A stretch of DNA of 54,594 nt from Candidatus Taylorbacteria bacterium RIFCSPHIGHO2_02_FULL_43_32b. GTDB taxonomy: Bacteria > Patescibacteriota > Minisyncoccia > Phycocordibacterales > 2-02-FULL-43-11. Below are positions 34,941-43,706 of this stretch, one piece after another. The notes under the pieces are model-generated. The model did no database searches. It was not told the DNA's origin and was given only the letters and a program-made list of their open reading frames with translations. The stretch is from positions 1-54,594 of the forward strand of contig MHRK01000019.1 in NCBI GenBank assembly GCA_001820955.1. The letters run 5' to 3'. Every line of letters starts with the position of its first letter. Within the stretch, counting starts at the first letter, position 1. The position numbers were made by a program, and so were the translations under genes.

Positions 34941-35420
34941 TTATTTGGAACTTCTTCTTGTTGCAAGCGCCGCGATTCCAATCGCGATAGCGTCGTATTC
35001 GTCGTCGTGTTCTATCATGGCGCGCATTTTTATAAGTCTTTTTACCATGTCCGTTACTCCGGCTTTCTTACTTCCGCCATAACCGGTTACTGCCACTTTT
35101 ACGGAATTCGGGTTGAAAGAGCGGACAGGGATTTTTTTCTTTCCGGCTTCGGCTAAAATACAACCCCTTGCTTCAGCGACCCCAATTGCCGTTTTTTGGT
35201 TGACGCTAAAAAAAAGGCTTTCCACAGCCATTTCCTCGGGTTTAAATTTAGAGATAATTTTAGAAATTCGGGCGGAAATAGAAGCTAAACGATTTTCGGC
35301 CGGGGTATTTCTTTCCGTGACGATACATTCGGAGTGAAGAAGGATGGGTAGGGATGCCGTCCCTTCAACTACGGCCACTCCGACTCTGTCATAACCGGGA
35401 TCTATCGCCAGTATTCTCAT
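34941..35420 (-). CDS. ruvC: Holliday junction resolvase RuvC
   Basis: MRILAIDPGYDRVGVAVVE... RNase-H-fold N-terminus, 159 aa. Confidence 0.88.
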   Translation of the reverse strand: MRILAIDPGYDRVGVAVVEGTASLPILLHSECIVTERNTPAENRLASISARISKIISKFKPEEMAVESLFFSVNQKTAIGVAEARGCILAEAGKKKIPVRSFNPNSVKVAVTGYGGSKKAGVTDMVKRLIKMRAMIEHDDEYDAIAIGIAALATRRSSK

Positions 35421-35427
35421 GGCTCAA

Positions 35428-35739
35428 GTGTAAAATGCAAAAATCAAAATGTAAAATTTATTGGAAGCGGGGAGAATGGCTACATAATAAATAGTGCGCC
35501 CGGTGGGGCGCTCATATCCAACCCGCCTGACGGCGAGGCAGGCAAAGTTTTCCCGGTGCCTCGCCTAATACCCCGCCGAGGTAATCCGAGGGTACCCCTT
35601 AGGGCGGGGATATGGACGAGGCAAATTTTATTGGGAGCGGCCAGAGGACTCTACGTTCGGCATGCGGATATTAACGATAAAATAAGATTTTAAAATTTTG
35701 CATTGTCATTTTGCACTTTGATATTTAAATTTTGCATTA
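35428..35739. mobile_element. AAAATG-type IR pair enclosing non-coding GC-rich cargo (gene-less cassette)
   Basis: Left GTGTAAAATGCAAAAATCAAAATGTAAAATTT (35428-35459); right 35691-35739 reverse-complements to TAATGCAAAATTTAAATATCAAAGTGCAAAATGACAATGCAAAATTTTA. No ORF over 20 codons between them. Confidence 0.55.
35457..35667. repeat. GC-rich dispersed structured repeat (copy c: one full unit plus the 5' module of a second)
   Basis: Unit 35457-35632 ends GGGCGGGGATATGGACGAGGCAAATTTTATT, followed directly by TTGGGAGCGGCCAGAGGACTC. Several GC hairpins, e.g. GGCGAGGC...GCCTCGCC. Confidence 0.7.
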
Positions 35740-36264
35740 TTCAGCATTGGTTATGACGTCCTGTACCTCATCACAGTTTTCAAGTTCATCGACAATTTTT
35801 TCGAGAAGAGCCAAATCTTCCTCTGAAAGTTCGACTGTGGAGTTTGGCACAAGTTGGCCGTTTTCTTTTTTGAATGCCCATGAGGCACTTCCAGGAGAGG
35901 CCAAGGCTATATCATGTTTTCCAAGAGCGATTTTAACTTCTTGCGCAGCCTTGTTTCTGTTATCTGTAAGCGCTTCGATAATTATTGCTACGCCTCCTGG
36001 CCCGTAGGCTTCGTATGTTATGTTTTCCATAACCGTACCCGCTTCCTTTGATTTTTTTATGGCTCGCTCGATGTTGTCGTTTGGCATGTTCTCCTTTCGG
36101 GCTCTCTCTATTACGGCCTTTAACCCCGGGGCTTCTCTGTTTCCTGCGGCTTTTTTGGCCTCGATGGTGATAAGCTTGGCGTACCTAGAAAACGCCTTAC
36201 TCTTTTGCGAGTCAGTTTTGCCCTTGCGCTCTTTTATTTGTTTCCATTTATTATGTCCTGACAT
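35737..36264 (-). CDS. yebC: YebC/PmpR-family transcriptional regulator
   Basis: MSGHNKWKQIKERKGKTDSQKSKAFSRYAKLI... canonical N-terminus. True ATG at 36264, so the track ORF is extended 33 codons upstream. Confidence 0.9.
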   Translation of the reverse strand: MSGHNKWKQIKERKGKTDSQKSKAFSRYAKLITIEAKKAAGNREAPGLKAVIERARKENMPNDNIERAIKKSKEAGTVMENITYEAYGPGGVAIIIEALTDNRNKAAQEVKIALGKHDIALASPGSASWAFKKENGQLVPNSTVELSEEDLALLEKIVDELENCDEVQDVITNAE

Positions 36265-36315
36265 AGTTGTATCAATGCCAATATAATAATACTTACGAGG
36301 TTTGAAAACAGGCAC

Positions 36316-36345
36316 TTGACATATAGTACATTTTTGATATATAAT
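36316..36345 (+). promoter_or_regulatory. Near-consensus sigma70-type promoter
   Basis: TTGACA (36316-36321), 18-nt spacer, TATAAT (36340-36345). Confidence 0.6.
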
Positions 36346-36371
36346 GTGTGGCGGTACTTTCAAAAACTGAG

Positions 36372-36420
36372 TTTGTCACAGCAGAAAGCGGCTTATTTGG
36401 CCACTTTCTGCTGTGACAAA
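36372..36420 (+). promoter_or_regulatory. Perfect 17-bp stem hairpin in the 5' leader
   Basis: TTTGTCACAGCAGAAAG (36372-36388) / CTTTCTGCTGTGACAAA (36404-36420), 15-nt loop, no T-run. Confidence 0.6.
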
Positions 36421-36531
36421 GCGGACGCTTTGCGAATTCGATGCCCAAGAGAAAAAACAGGGCGGAGATCACAGCCCGGAAAAAACAAAATTGCTGATGC
36501 AGTAAATATTCTGCGGAGGCGGAAAGGAAAT

Positions 36532-37188
36532 GTGGAAAATTGGAAAATCATCGGTCGGTTTCTCGCAGTGCTGAACCACATCGTCGAAGTGTTCAAAAAA
36601 CTTGAGGTGTCTTTGGACATCCTCGAGTGGCTCGTCGGCGAAGGCAAGGAATTCTTCGAAAAAAGTGTCCTCACTCCGCTTGTGGCGGAATTTCGCAAAA
36701 CCGAACGCGTTCGGGTGGTGAACGAGACCACTATCATGGTCAATCTCGATGCGCCGCCCAGACTCCCCTTTGAAGGAGCTGTGGTTGCGAACATCCCGAA
36801 AGGTAAGGGATGGGTGGAGGTCGAGCGTCGCACCGACGGTCTGTATGTAGATGGCAAAAACGCCATCCTGCATCTGTCAGACAATCAGAAAGGAAAACTG
36901 GTTATTGTCGGTACAGAGTTTCGGAAGGAGCTTGAAAAAATGGATGTGCTCCATCCGAACATTATGGACGCCCTCTGTGACCACCTGCGCCTTATTCCGG
37001 AAGATTGGAAGAAAAATGAAGATGGGGAAATCCTCTATATTCACTTCTGGGATGTCGTTTTTCGCGACAGCGATGACAACCTCTTCGTTCGGTGCTTCTA
37101 CTGGGACGATGGGTCGTGGTGCCGCTATTACGGTCGGCTCGGCGTCGATTGGGACCGTCTGGACCCGGCGGCTGTCCGCGCAAGTTAG
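36532..37188 (+). CDS. Hypothetical protein (GC-richer than surroundings)
   Basis: Long ORF. GTG at 36532 is preceded by GGAGGCGGAAAGGAAA (SD-like). The track start 36316 is the promoter -35 box. No recognisable family. Confidence 0.45.
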   Translation: MENWKIIGRFLAVLNHIVEVFKKLEVSLDILEWLVGEGKEFFEKSVLTPLVAEFRKTERVRVVNETTIMVNLDAPPRLPFEGAVVANIPKGKGWVEVERRTDGLYVDGKNAILHLSDNQKGKLVIVGTEFRKELEKMDVLHPNIMDALCDHLRLIPEDWKKNEDGEILYIHFWDVVFRDSDDNLFVRCFYWDDGSWCRYYGRLGVDWDRLDPAAVRAS

Positions 37189-37422
37189 TTCTCGGTTTTG
37201 GATATTAGTTCTGGCACTTGTCTTGAACTTTGTTGACACTCTGTATCGAAAAAGATGCGGGGTGTTTTTTGTAACTTGAATTCATGAACTCACTTAACGT
37301 CGCTCTTCTTCGTGCGGGAATGACAGTAAAATAGGCATGCGTGTTAATTCAGAAAAGATTATTCATATACAAGGAATTGCGGTTGACCTATTTGTTAAAA
37401 GGTTTTGCGCAAATAATTATTG

Positions 37423-37450
37423 TTGACCTAATCTAATTTGAGCATAGAAT
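37423..37450 (+). promoter_or_regulatory. Sigma70-type promoter with no ORF behind it
   Basis: TTGACC (37423-37428), 16-nt spacer, TAGAAT (37445-37450). A second GGTTGACCTA lies at 37380-37389. Confidence 0.4.
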
Positions 37451-37552
37451 AAGTTTGTTGCTTGTGGAAGTAGGGTTCAATTCCCTCACTGTGCCGCAAC
37501 GGTAAATGTCGTCTCTTTGGCGATTTAGTCCGGTCTTCAAGTGATAAGTTCT

Positions 37553-37643
37553 AATCAACGAATCCATACGAATCTTAGCGAATAGTTTTAGCGAATACAT
37601 TTGTTAAGGTCATTCGCAAAATTCGTACATTTGTTGACTTGCA
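37553..37643. repeat. Empty CGAAT-type arm pair (cassette arms back to back, no cargo)
   Basis: Left AATCAACGAATCCATACGAATCTTAGCGAATAG... (from 37553). Right 37610-37643 reverse-complements to TGCAAGTCAACAAATGTACGAATTTTGCGAATGA. Same family as 4750-4797 and cassette B. Confidence 0.55.
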
Positions 37644-37763
37644 TCCTTCCGCGCAGAAGAATCGGTCGTTTTAGTCACTCGATTCGATACTTTTTAAAAC
37701 GCGCCGGGAGGCGCAATTTTCATTTCTAGTATCTAGAGCCTAACTCCTAGAGCCTAGTCAATA

Positions 37764-39629
37764 ATGCGACGCACATTAATTATAGTTTTTTTGTTATCAG
37801 CTTTTCCTTTGTCTCTTTTTGCGACAGAGGAGCCTGTTTCGATAAGATTTAGGGTGGAGACGCATGAAGGTTCTCTTTTTAACGGGGCAATAAGCGTTTC
37901 GGCTTGCCCCGACAGTGATACTGCCTCAACGACCAGTGTAAATGCTTTTTGCGCTGTCGAAGAAGTGGCCGCGACAAATGGTTGGGATATCAAGAAAACC
38001 TGGTATTCATTTGGCGCCAGTCTTGATTCATTAAGCAATTACAATGCTGATTTTGCGAATAACCGTTTCTGGCTTTATTTTATAAATGACGAGCCGGGGA
38101 ATGCGGCGCTTAATGCCTATTTAGTTAAACCCGGGGACGATTTGCTTCTTGTTTATGGCGTATCGCCGCTTAAATTAGCCGCGGCAGAAAACAAATTGAA
38201 CGTTGGAGCAACAACAACCGTTTCTTTGTCTAGTTTTGATTTTACAGCCTGGGCGTGGGTGCCGGCCTTTCCATCAAAACTAGTTGTCGACGGGGTTTTA
38301 TATTCCGAAAGCACGGACGGAAGTTTTGGTTTTTCACCTTTGGGTAGTCGCGCCTATAACCTTATAGGAAGAAAAGAAGGTTTTTTGGATAGTAACGCGG
38401 TAAGCGTTACCGGATTATCTATCGAACCAAACCGAGGGGAGGTTTTGGGGGCAACGGTTTCCGAGTCTGTTACGAGCGGTGGATGTTGGTTGTGTTTTTA
38501 TGACGAACCAAAAAGGGAAGAGTTTGACCTGCCTAAAGCTTTGGAATTTTTGGAAAAACATCAGTCGGAGGACGGTTCTTTTGGTTCACCGATGTTATCA
38601 GATTGGGCGGCCATAGCTCTTTCGTCACACTCGACTACTTCGCCGTCCGCCCTCCTTTTAAAAAAACATTTACTCTTAGATAAAATCACTTCAAATATTT
38701 TGACCGATTACGAAAGGAGAGTGATGGCCATGTTGGCGCTCGGCTTTGATCCCCGGCAGGAGCCAGGGGAATATATTTCATACATCAAAAATTCCTTTAA
38801 AGACGGTCAATTTGGCGATCCATCACTCATTAACGATGACATTTTTGCTGTTCTTGTTTTAAGAAAAGCCGGTTTTTTAGAGAACGATGAACAAATAGAA
38901 AAAACAGTGAGAAATATAATTGCCTCTCAATCGTCGAATGGCTCTTGGATAAGTGCCGACTTAACATCCGCCGCGCTCCAAGCTCTTTTACTTACCCCCA
39001 ATTTACCCAATGTTTCGTCTTCGATAATTAGAGCTCAGGAGTATTTGCGCTCCGTTCAATTTGATGACGGCGGGTACGGGGATGTTTTTGCGACCAGTTG
39101 GGTCACTCTGGCGGTCGCGGCTTCCGGGCTCGATCCCTCTCTTTGGGTTAAGAACGGAAAGAGTCCTTTAGATTATTTGAATAGCGAACAAAGGATTGAT
39201 GGGGGGATGCGAACCGATTCAAACGATCGTGATTCCAGAATTTGGGCAACGTCCTATGCTATCTCTGCCGCATCGAAAAAGTCATGGTCCGAGATTTTAG
39301 GGGAGTGGGAAATTGCGATTGAAGACACAAAAGCCGAGGAATCGAAAAACATCGCATCCTCGACGAATGATTTTATTCAAACCGAGTCTAGTGGAGTGGC
39401 CACGATAGTGATTAGCAATCCCGCCCCAGTGCCCGCAATAGACTCACGCAAGGTGAAGTCAGAAGGGACAGAAGCTGTACGGGTCGAAGCTACGCCTTTA
39501 ACCCAAGTGAACCTTGCGGCAGTCGCGGTTAGTCCTGTATCGAGTGAGAGCGAAAATTTTTTGGTCAGGTTAACAAAAAAAGCGACGTATCAACTCGCCG
39601 CAATTTTGTTTTGGTTCATAACTGATTAA
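37764..39629 (+). CDS. Secreted/anchored protein: DUF4430-like N-domain plus prenyltransferase/squalene-oxidase-like alpha-toroid repeats
   Basis: Signal peptide; N-domain ending FWLYFINDEPGN..VKPGDDLLLVYG; repeats LEKHQSEDGSFG, ASQSSNGSW, SVQFDDGGYG, EQRIDGGM; C-terminal hydrophobic helix. Confidence 0.6.
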   Translation: MRRTLIIVFLLSAFPLSLFATEEPVSIRFRVETHEGSLFNGAISVSACPDSDTASTTSVNAFCAVEEVAATNGWDIKKTWYSFGASLDSLSNYNADFANNRFWLYFINDEPGNAALNAYLVKPGDDLLLVYGVSPLKLAAAENKLNVGATTTVSLSSFDFTAWAWVPAFPSKLVVDGVLYSESTDGSFGFSPLGSRAYNLIGRKEGFLDSNAVSVTGLSIEPNRGEVLGATVSESVTSGGCWLCFYDEPKREEFDLPKALEFLEKHQSEDGSFGSPMLSDWAAIALSSHSTTSPSALLLKKHLLLDKITSNILTDYERRVMAMLALGFDPRQEPGEYISYIKNSFKDGQFGDPSLINDDIFAVLVLRKAGFLENDEQIEKTVRNIIASQSSNGSWISADLTSAALQALLLTPNLPNVSSSIIRAQEYLRSVQFDDGGYGDVFATSWVTLAVAASGLDPSLWVKNGKSPLDYLNSEQRIDGGMRTDSNDRDSRIWATSYAISAASKKSWSEILGEWEIAIEDTKAEESKNIASSTNDFIQTESSGVATIVISNPAPVPAIDSRKVKSEGTEAVRVEATPLTQVNLAAVAVSPVSSESENFLVRLTKKATYQLAAILFWFITD

Positions 39630-39639
39630 ATTTAAACAG

Positions 39640-40656
39640 TTAGAAATTCAAAGAAGACATTTTTTTGCCTACGTGGTTGTGCGCTTTTCCGGTTGCCATT
39701 CTTCCTCTCGGTGTTCTTTCCAGAAACCCCAGCTGGATAAGGTACGGTTCGTGCACGTCCTCAATGGTTGACTGATCCTCTGAAAGGGCGGCGGAAAGCG
39801 TGTTAAGTCCTACCGGACCGCCACCAAATTTTTCGATAAGAACCAATAACAAATGTCTGTCTGCTTGCGTCAAGCCCACCTCGTCCACTCCAAGGAGTGA
39901 CAAAGCGTCATGGACGGAGTTTTTACTAAGAGAACCGCCCTTAACCTGAACATAATCACGGCATCGTTTTAGGAGGTAATTTGCCGTTCTTGGCGTAAAA
40001 CGGCTTCGTTTGGCTATTTCCTTGATTGCTTCGGACTCAGTTTCTACATTTAGAATTTTGGCCGATCTCATTATTATTTTGCCGATTTCATTTTCCGTAT
40101 AGAATTCCAGTCGGAAGACACCGCCTCCGAATCGAGAACGAAGAGGCGCCGAGAGAAGAGCGATGCGCGTCGTCGCGGCTAGTAATGTAAACGGAGGTAA
40201 CTCTAATTGAATAGTGCGGGCAGAGGGTCCCTTGCCGATAATGATATCAAGCACTCCCGATTCCATAGCGGGGTAGAGAACTTCTTCAATTGCTTTGTTT
40301 AAACGGTGTATTTCGTCGATAAATAGGATATCACCGGGCGACAAGTTGGTTAGAATCGAAGCAAGATCACCAACTTTCTCTATGGCGGGTCCCGAAGTAG
40401 ATTTTATTTGCGCTCCCATCTCTTTTGCAATGAGATGAGCCAATGTTGTTTTTCCAAGCCCCGGGGGGCCGTAAAAAAGAATATGTTCCGGCGGATGTTG
40501 GCGTTCAGCGGCCGCTCGAAGCAGTATTTTCAGGTTTTCCTTGATGTTTTCCTGTCCAATATAGTCATCCCATTTGGAAGGTCTAAGGGTTTGGTCCAAA
40601 AAATGATCATCCTCTTTTTTGTCCATGCGTTTTTTATCGGTCTCTGTACTTCGCAT
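39640..40656 (-). CDS. ruvB: Holliday junction branch-migration ATPase RuvB
   Basis: [18 protein letters not shown], Walker [19 protein letters not shown]. Confidence 0.93.
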   Translation of the reverse strand: MRSTETDKKRMDKKEDDHFLDQTLRPSKWDDYIGQENIKENLKILLRAAAERQHPPEHILFYGPPGLGKTTLAHLIAKEMGAQIKSTSGPAIEKVGDLASILTNLSPGDILFIDEIHRLNKAIEEVLYPAMESGVLDIIIGKGPSARTIQLELPPFTLLAATTRIALLSAPLRSRFGGGVFRLEFYTENEIGKIIMRSAKILNVETESEAIKEIAKRSRFTPRTANYLLKRCRDYVQVKGGSLSKNSVHDALSLLGVDEVGLTQADRHLLLVLIEKFGGGPVGLNTLSAALSEDQSTIEDVHEPYLIQLGFLERTPRGRMATGKAHNHVGKKMSSLNF

Positions 40657-40838
40657 GATTGTGTTACATTTTGGTTTTAAAAAATGGCTTCAAATAAGGA
40701 TATTGTAGGAACGGAGGAACGGGCATGCGAACTAATTTGACAGCAGTAAGTATTTGTGATAGTCTATTTGAATTCCCCCAAAAAAGTGTTAGTATCTGAG
40801 CCCCGAACGGTCTTTTAAAATATCCAGCTTTTTCGAAA

Positions 40839-40990
40839 GCACAAACCTCTAAGCAATAAGGCTACCGGCCGATTGATGCTTCTGCGAGGAAAATTTGGTT
40901 GACGCCTCGTGTGATCACACTGAGTTTCCCCTTAGCGTTGTTATCATACTTTTAATACACATATTAAAAGCATTGCTTAGAGGTTCGTGC
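40839..40990. repeat. Long-range 19-nt inverted repeat enclosing 114 nt (possible structured RNA)
   Basis: GCACAAACCTCTAAGCAAT (40839-40857) versus ATTGCTTAGAGGTTCGTGC (40972-40990), 18/19 complementary. Interior contains the GTGTGATCACAC palindrome. Confidence 0.45.
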
Positions 40991-41139
40991 GTTCGATCTC
41001 GAACTCCTCTATATCCGTATTCTATACCTTTTAAAAAACTCGCAACCTTTACCCGTCAAAATTTTGGTGGTGCAAAAATTTGAACGTAAAAAACTGTTTT
41101 TTGCGTGAAGTCTGTCAACTAATTAGGTTTGTGGTCCGA

Positions 41140-42825
41140 CTAAGTTTCGAATCCATAGTCGTTAAGATCAACCACCCTCTCCAATTCTTGGACTGACGTT
41201 GTGCCATTTAATATTTTTAGCACCCCGTCTTCGCGCATAGTTAATATGTTTTGAGTTTCGGCGGCTTTCTTAATCTCTCTTTCGCTTGGGGACTGTCTAA
41301 CCACGTTTTCAATTTCCGCGTTGGACAAAATTGCCTCATAAACTCCGATTCTTCCTTTGTAGCCAATTCCATTGCACTCTCTGCATCCGACGGGCACCCA
41401 CATCTTTTCATTGTATTCGACTTCGATTTTTTTCTTCATGCCGTCAATAATTTTTTCAATTTTTGTTTTGACCTCACCTTGCATGGGGACTTCTTTTTTG
41501 CATGACTCGCACAATTTTCGGACTAGTCTTTGGGCCATGGCCGCCATGACTGCCGATGTTAAGACTTTCGGGTTTACTCCAAGATCAATCAGTCTTGTAA
41601 AAGCGCCCGCGGCGTTATTGGTATGAAGGGTGGAAAAAACCAAATGCCCCGTGAGGGCCGCGTCAATTGCTACGCGTGCGGTTTCGTTATCACGGATTTC
41701 ACCGATCATTATAATATCCGGGTCCTGTCTTAAGGCCGAACGTAAACCTTCAAGAAAGGTGTATCCTTTGTTTGGGTCTGCTTGTGTTTGTACGATACCA
41801 GGCAACTTGTATTCGACGGGGTCTTCGATAGTGACAATTTTGACTTCCGGCTGATAAACAGTTCGTAGAAAAGTGTACAGAGTTGTTGTTTTGCCGCTTC
41901 CCGTGGGACCTGTAGTCAGGATCATGCCCTGAGGTTTGGAAATTAAATTTTGAATGATAGGCAGAATCTTTTTGTTCATGCCCAAAGTTTCAAGAGAGAC
42001 CGCGATGGATTTCGGATTTAATATTCGGAGAACTATAGATTCACCGAAACTTCCCGGCACGACAGAGGTTCGAACTTCAATTTCCTCCTCTCCGGCAACG
42101 ATACTAAACCTTCCGTCTTGTCCGGCACCTTTTATGTTTAACTTAAGGCTAGAGAGAAGTTTTATTCTGGAGAGTAGAAGGCTAAAAACTTTTGTGTCAA
42201 CAACAAAAACATCATAAAGCATTCCGTCCAAGCGGAAGCGAAGTCTGGAGTTGTGTTCTTCTGGTTCGATGTGAACGTCGGAGGCCATAGTGGCTATTGC
42301 TCCGGCCAAAATAATTTCAAGGGTTTCGGAAAGACGAACGTCTTTCAGGGCGGAGATTTCTTCAAGTGTTTTTTTTACATCTCCGACGGTTTTTATTTTC
42401 GAAACATATTTGGCCAACGATTCGGCTGTTATGCCAACAGAGCCGCTACTTGAGGTTTTTGCGAAAGAAAGGTCTTTGTAAAGAATAATGCATTGCTCGA
42501 AATTTTTTTCAGAAATGACATGTGCCACAAGGTCGTATCCTGCCTCCCGAAGACCTCTAATAATTTCGGTTGCCGCAGTCATCTTGGGATCCGTAACTGC
42601 AAAGAGCAAAGTTTTGTCGGCTAGCTTAAAAAGAAGGATTTTTGCTTCTCTCGCCTTTTCTTCCGGTATTAAACGCAATGCATCGGTTTCGACAGTGTTC
42701 GGATAAAGAGTGATAAAAGGTAAACCTTCATCGGCCGCTTTTGCGGCAACCGCGGCGTCTTCTTCGCGGCCTTTTACATCAGAAATTTTTTGATTTATTT
42801 TGTCGTCGTCAAATTGAAGAGTCAT
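41140..42825 (-). CDS. pilB: GspE/PilB-family type IV pilus / T2SS assembly ATPase (full length with N-terminal domain)
   Basis: Walker A TGPTGSGKTTTL, IMIGEIRD, tetracysteine CESC...CRECNGIGYKGRIGVYE, N-terminal GSPII_E_N-like region. Confidence 0.88.
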   Translation of the reverse strand: MTLQFDDDKINQKISDVKGREEDAAVAAKAADEGLPFITLYPNTVETDALRLIPEEKAREAKILLFKLADKTLLFAVTDPKMTAATEIIRGLREAGYDLVAHVISEKNFEQCIILYKDLSFAKTSSSGSVGITAESLAKYVSKIKTVGDVKKTLEEISALKDVRLSETLEIILAGAIATMASDVHIEPEEHNSRLRFRLDGMLYDVFVVDTKVFSLLLSRIKLLSSLKLNIKGAGQDGRFSIVAGEEEIEVRTSVVPGSFGESIVLRILNPKSIAVSLETLGMNKKILPIIQNLISKPQGMILTTGPTGSGKTTTLYTFLRTVYQPEVKIVTIEDPVEYKLPGIVQTQADPNKGYTFLEGLRSALRQDPDIIMIGEIRDNETARVAIDAALTGHLVFSTLHTNNAAGAFTRLIDLGVNPKVLTSAVMAAMAQRLVRKLCESCKKEVPMQGEVKTKIEKIIDGMKKKIEVEYNEKMWVPVGCRECNGIGYKGRIGVYEAILSNAEIENVVRQSPSEREIKKAAETQNILTMREDGVLKILNGTTSVQELERVVDLNDYGFET

Positions 42826-42898
42826 GGAGACATTATAAAGGCTTCATGCGCCCGGCGCTAGGCTCTTTGAAAGGGAAGCGGCACCCAAATTGATAGAT

Positions 42899-42926
42899 TT
42901 GACTTTTTCTACCGATATGCTATAAT
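42899..42926 (+). promoter_or_regulatory. Near-consensus sigma70-type promoter
   Basis: TTGACT (42899-42904), 16-nt spacer, TATAAT (42921-42926). Confidence 0.55.
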
Positions 42927-42991
42927 ATACATAGTTAGTCAACAAAAACCCGACGAGTAGGCAGAGCGCTGAAAGTCATACGAGGAGAGTT

Positions 42992-43531
42992 ATGAAAAGT
43001 ATTTTTGGATTGATTTTGGTGTTCGTTGTTATGGTTGTGGGTACCGAGGCCGCTTCCAAAAGGCAGGCGGTTGAGGTGCCTGTGTATAGGGTGGTTGATG
43101 TGACGAATGTAGTGAGAAGCACCGAGGCTATAATGGAGAATGGCACCAATTTGGTCAATGTCATCAAGGAGGACATTGTGGTGACCCGAAGCGAATTTTT
43201 GGGGAATGATGTCAACGGAATTCCAATGTTTCGCTCGGACTCTAGGGTTGTAGGTAGGGTCATCCGCGATGACACCCAACAACCCTTGCCGATGCCTGCG
43301 GTGAAGGCCAATTGGCCTCCACCCGTGCAGTATCAACCTCCGCCTGTACCGCAGGTAATTGTACAGCCGGTGTATGTGGAGAGAGGGCGCAAGCATTACG
43401 GCCACTACGCTCGCAGTCCAAGCCGACGGTCTTATACGAGGTATTCCCGTCACTCGTCATTTTATTGGGTTGGCGTAGACGGGACATTTCGCTCTGGTCT
43501 CTACCAAAGAAATTACTCAAATCGTCGCTGA
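42992..43531 (+). CDS. Secreted hypothetical protein (GC-rich block)
   Basis: SD GAGGAGAG then ATG; signal peptide MKSIFGLILVFVVMVVGTEAAS; Pro-rich and basic C-terminus. Confidence 0.55.
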   Translation: MKSIFGLILVFVVMVVGTEAASKRQAVEVPVYRVVDVTNVVRSTEAIMENGTNLVNVIKEDIVVTRSEFLGNDVNGIPMFRSDSRVVGRVIRDDTQQPLPMPAVKANWPPPVQYQPPPVPQVIVQPVYVERGRKHYGHYARSPSRRSYTRYSRHSSFYWVGVDGTFRSGLYQRNYSNRR

Positions 43532-43621
43532 GTAAATGCAGATTCAAAAAGGCGTTCCAGAAATGGAGCGCCTTTCCTTTTTTCCAAAGAAAATGGAGGC
43601 AGAAATGACACGAAATCGGGC

Positions 43622-43650
43622 TTGACAAATAGCCCCAAAAGGTGTATACT
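43622..43650 (+). promoter_or_regulatory. Sigma70-type promoter
   Basis: TTGACA (43622-43627), 17-nt spacer, TATACT (43645-43650). Confidence 0.5.
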
Positions 43651-43706
43651 CTTAATAGATTCAGAAAGCCCAAAATTTCAAAAACAAACAACAAAAAGAA
43701 AGTTCT

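Noticed and set aside
36316-36531. TTG start at 36316 for the 290 aa ORF
   Set aside because: That TTG is the first half of a TTGACA -35 box with a TATAAT 18 nt downstream. The first 72 codons cover the promoter and the leader hairpin.
37470-37495. tRNA gene call from the GGTTCAATTCC T-loop-like motif
   Set aside because: Only a 4-bp T-stem is present. No complementary 5' acceptor strand, D-arm or anticodon arm lies within about 100 nt upstream. It is kept only as an sRNA or att-scar hypothesis.
40895-41083. 62 aa ORF in the ruvB-pilB gap
   Set aside because: It has no SD and no family resemblance, and it spans predicted hairpins. The region is treated as non-coding.
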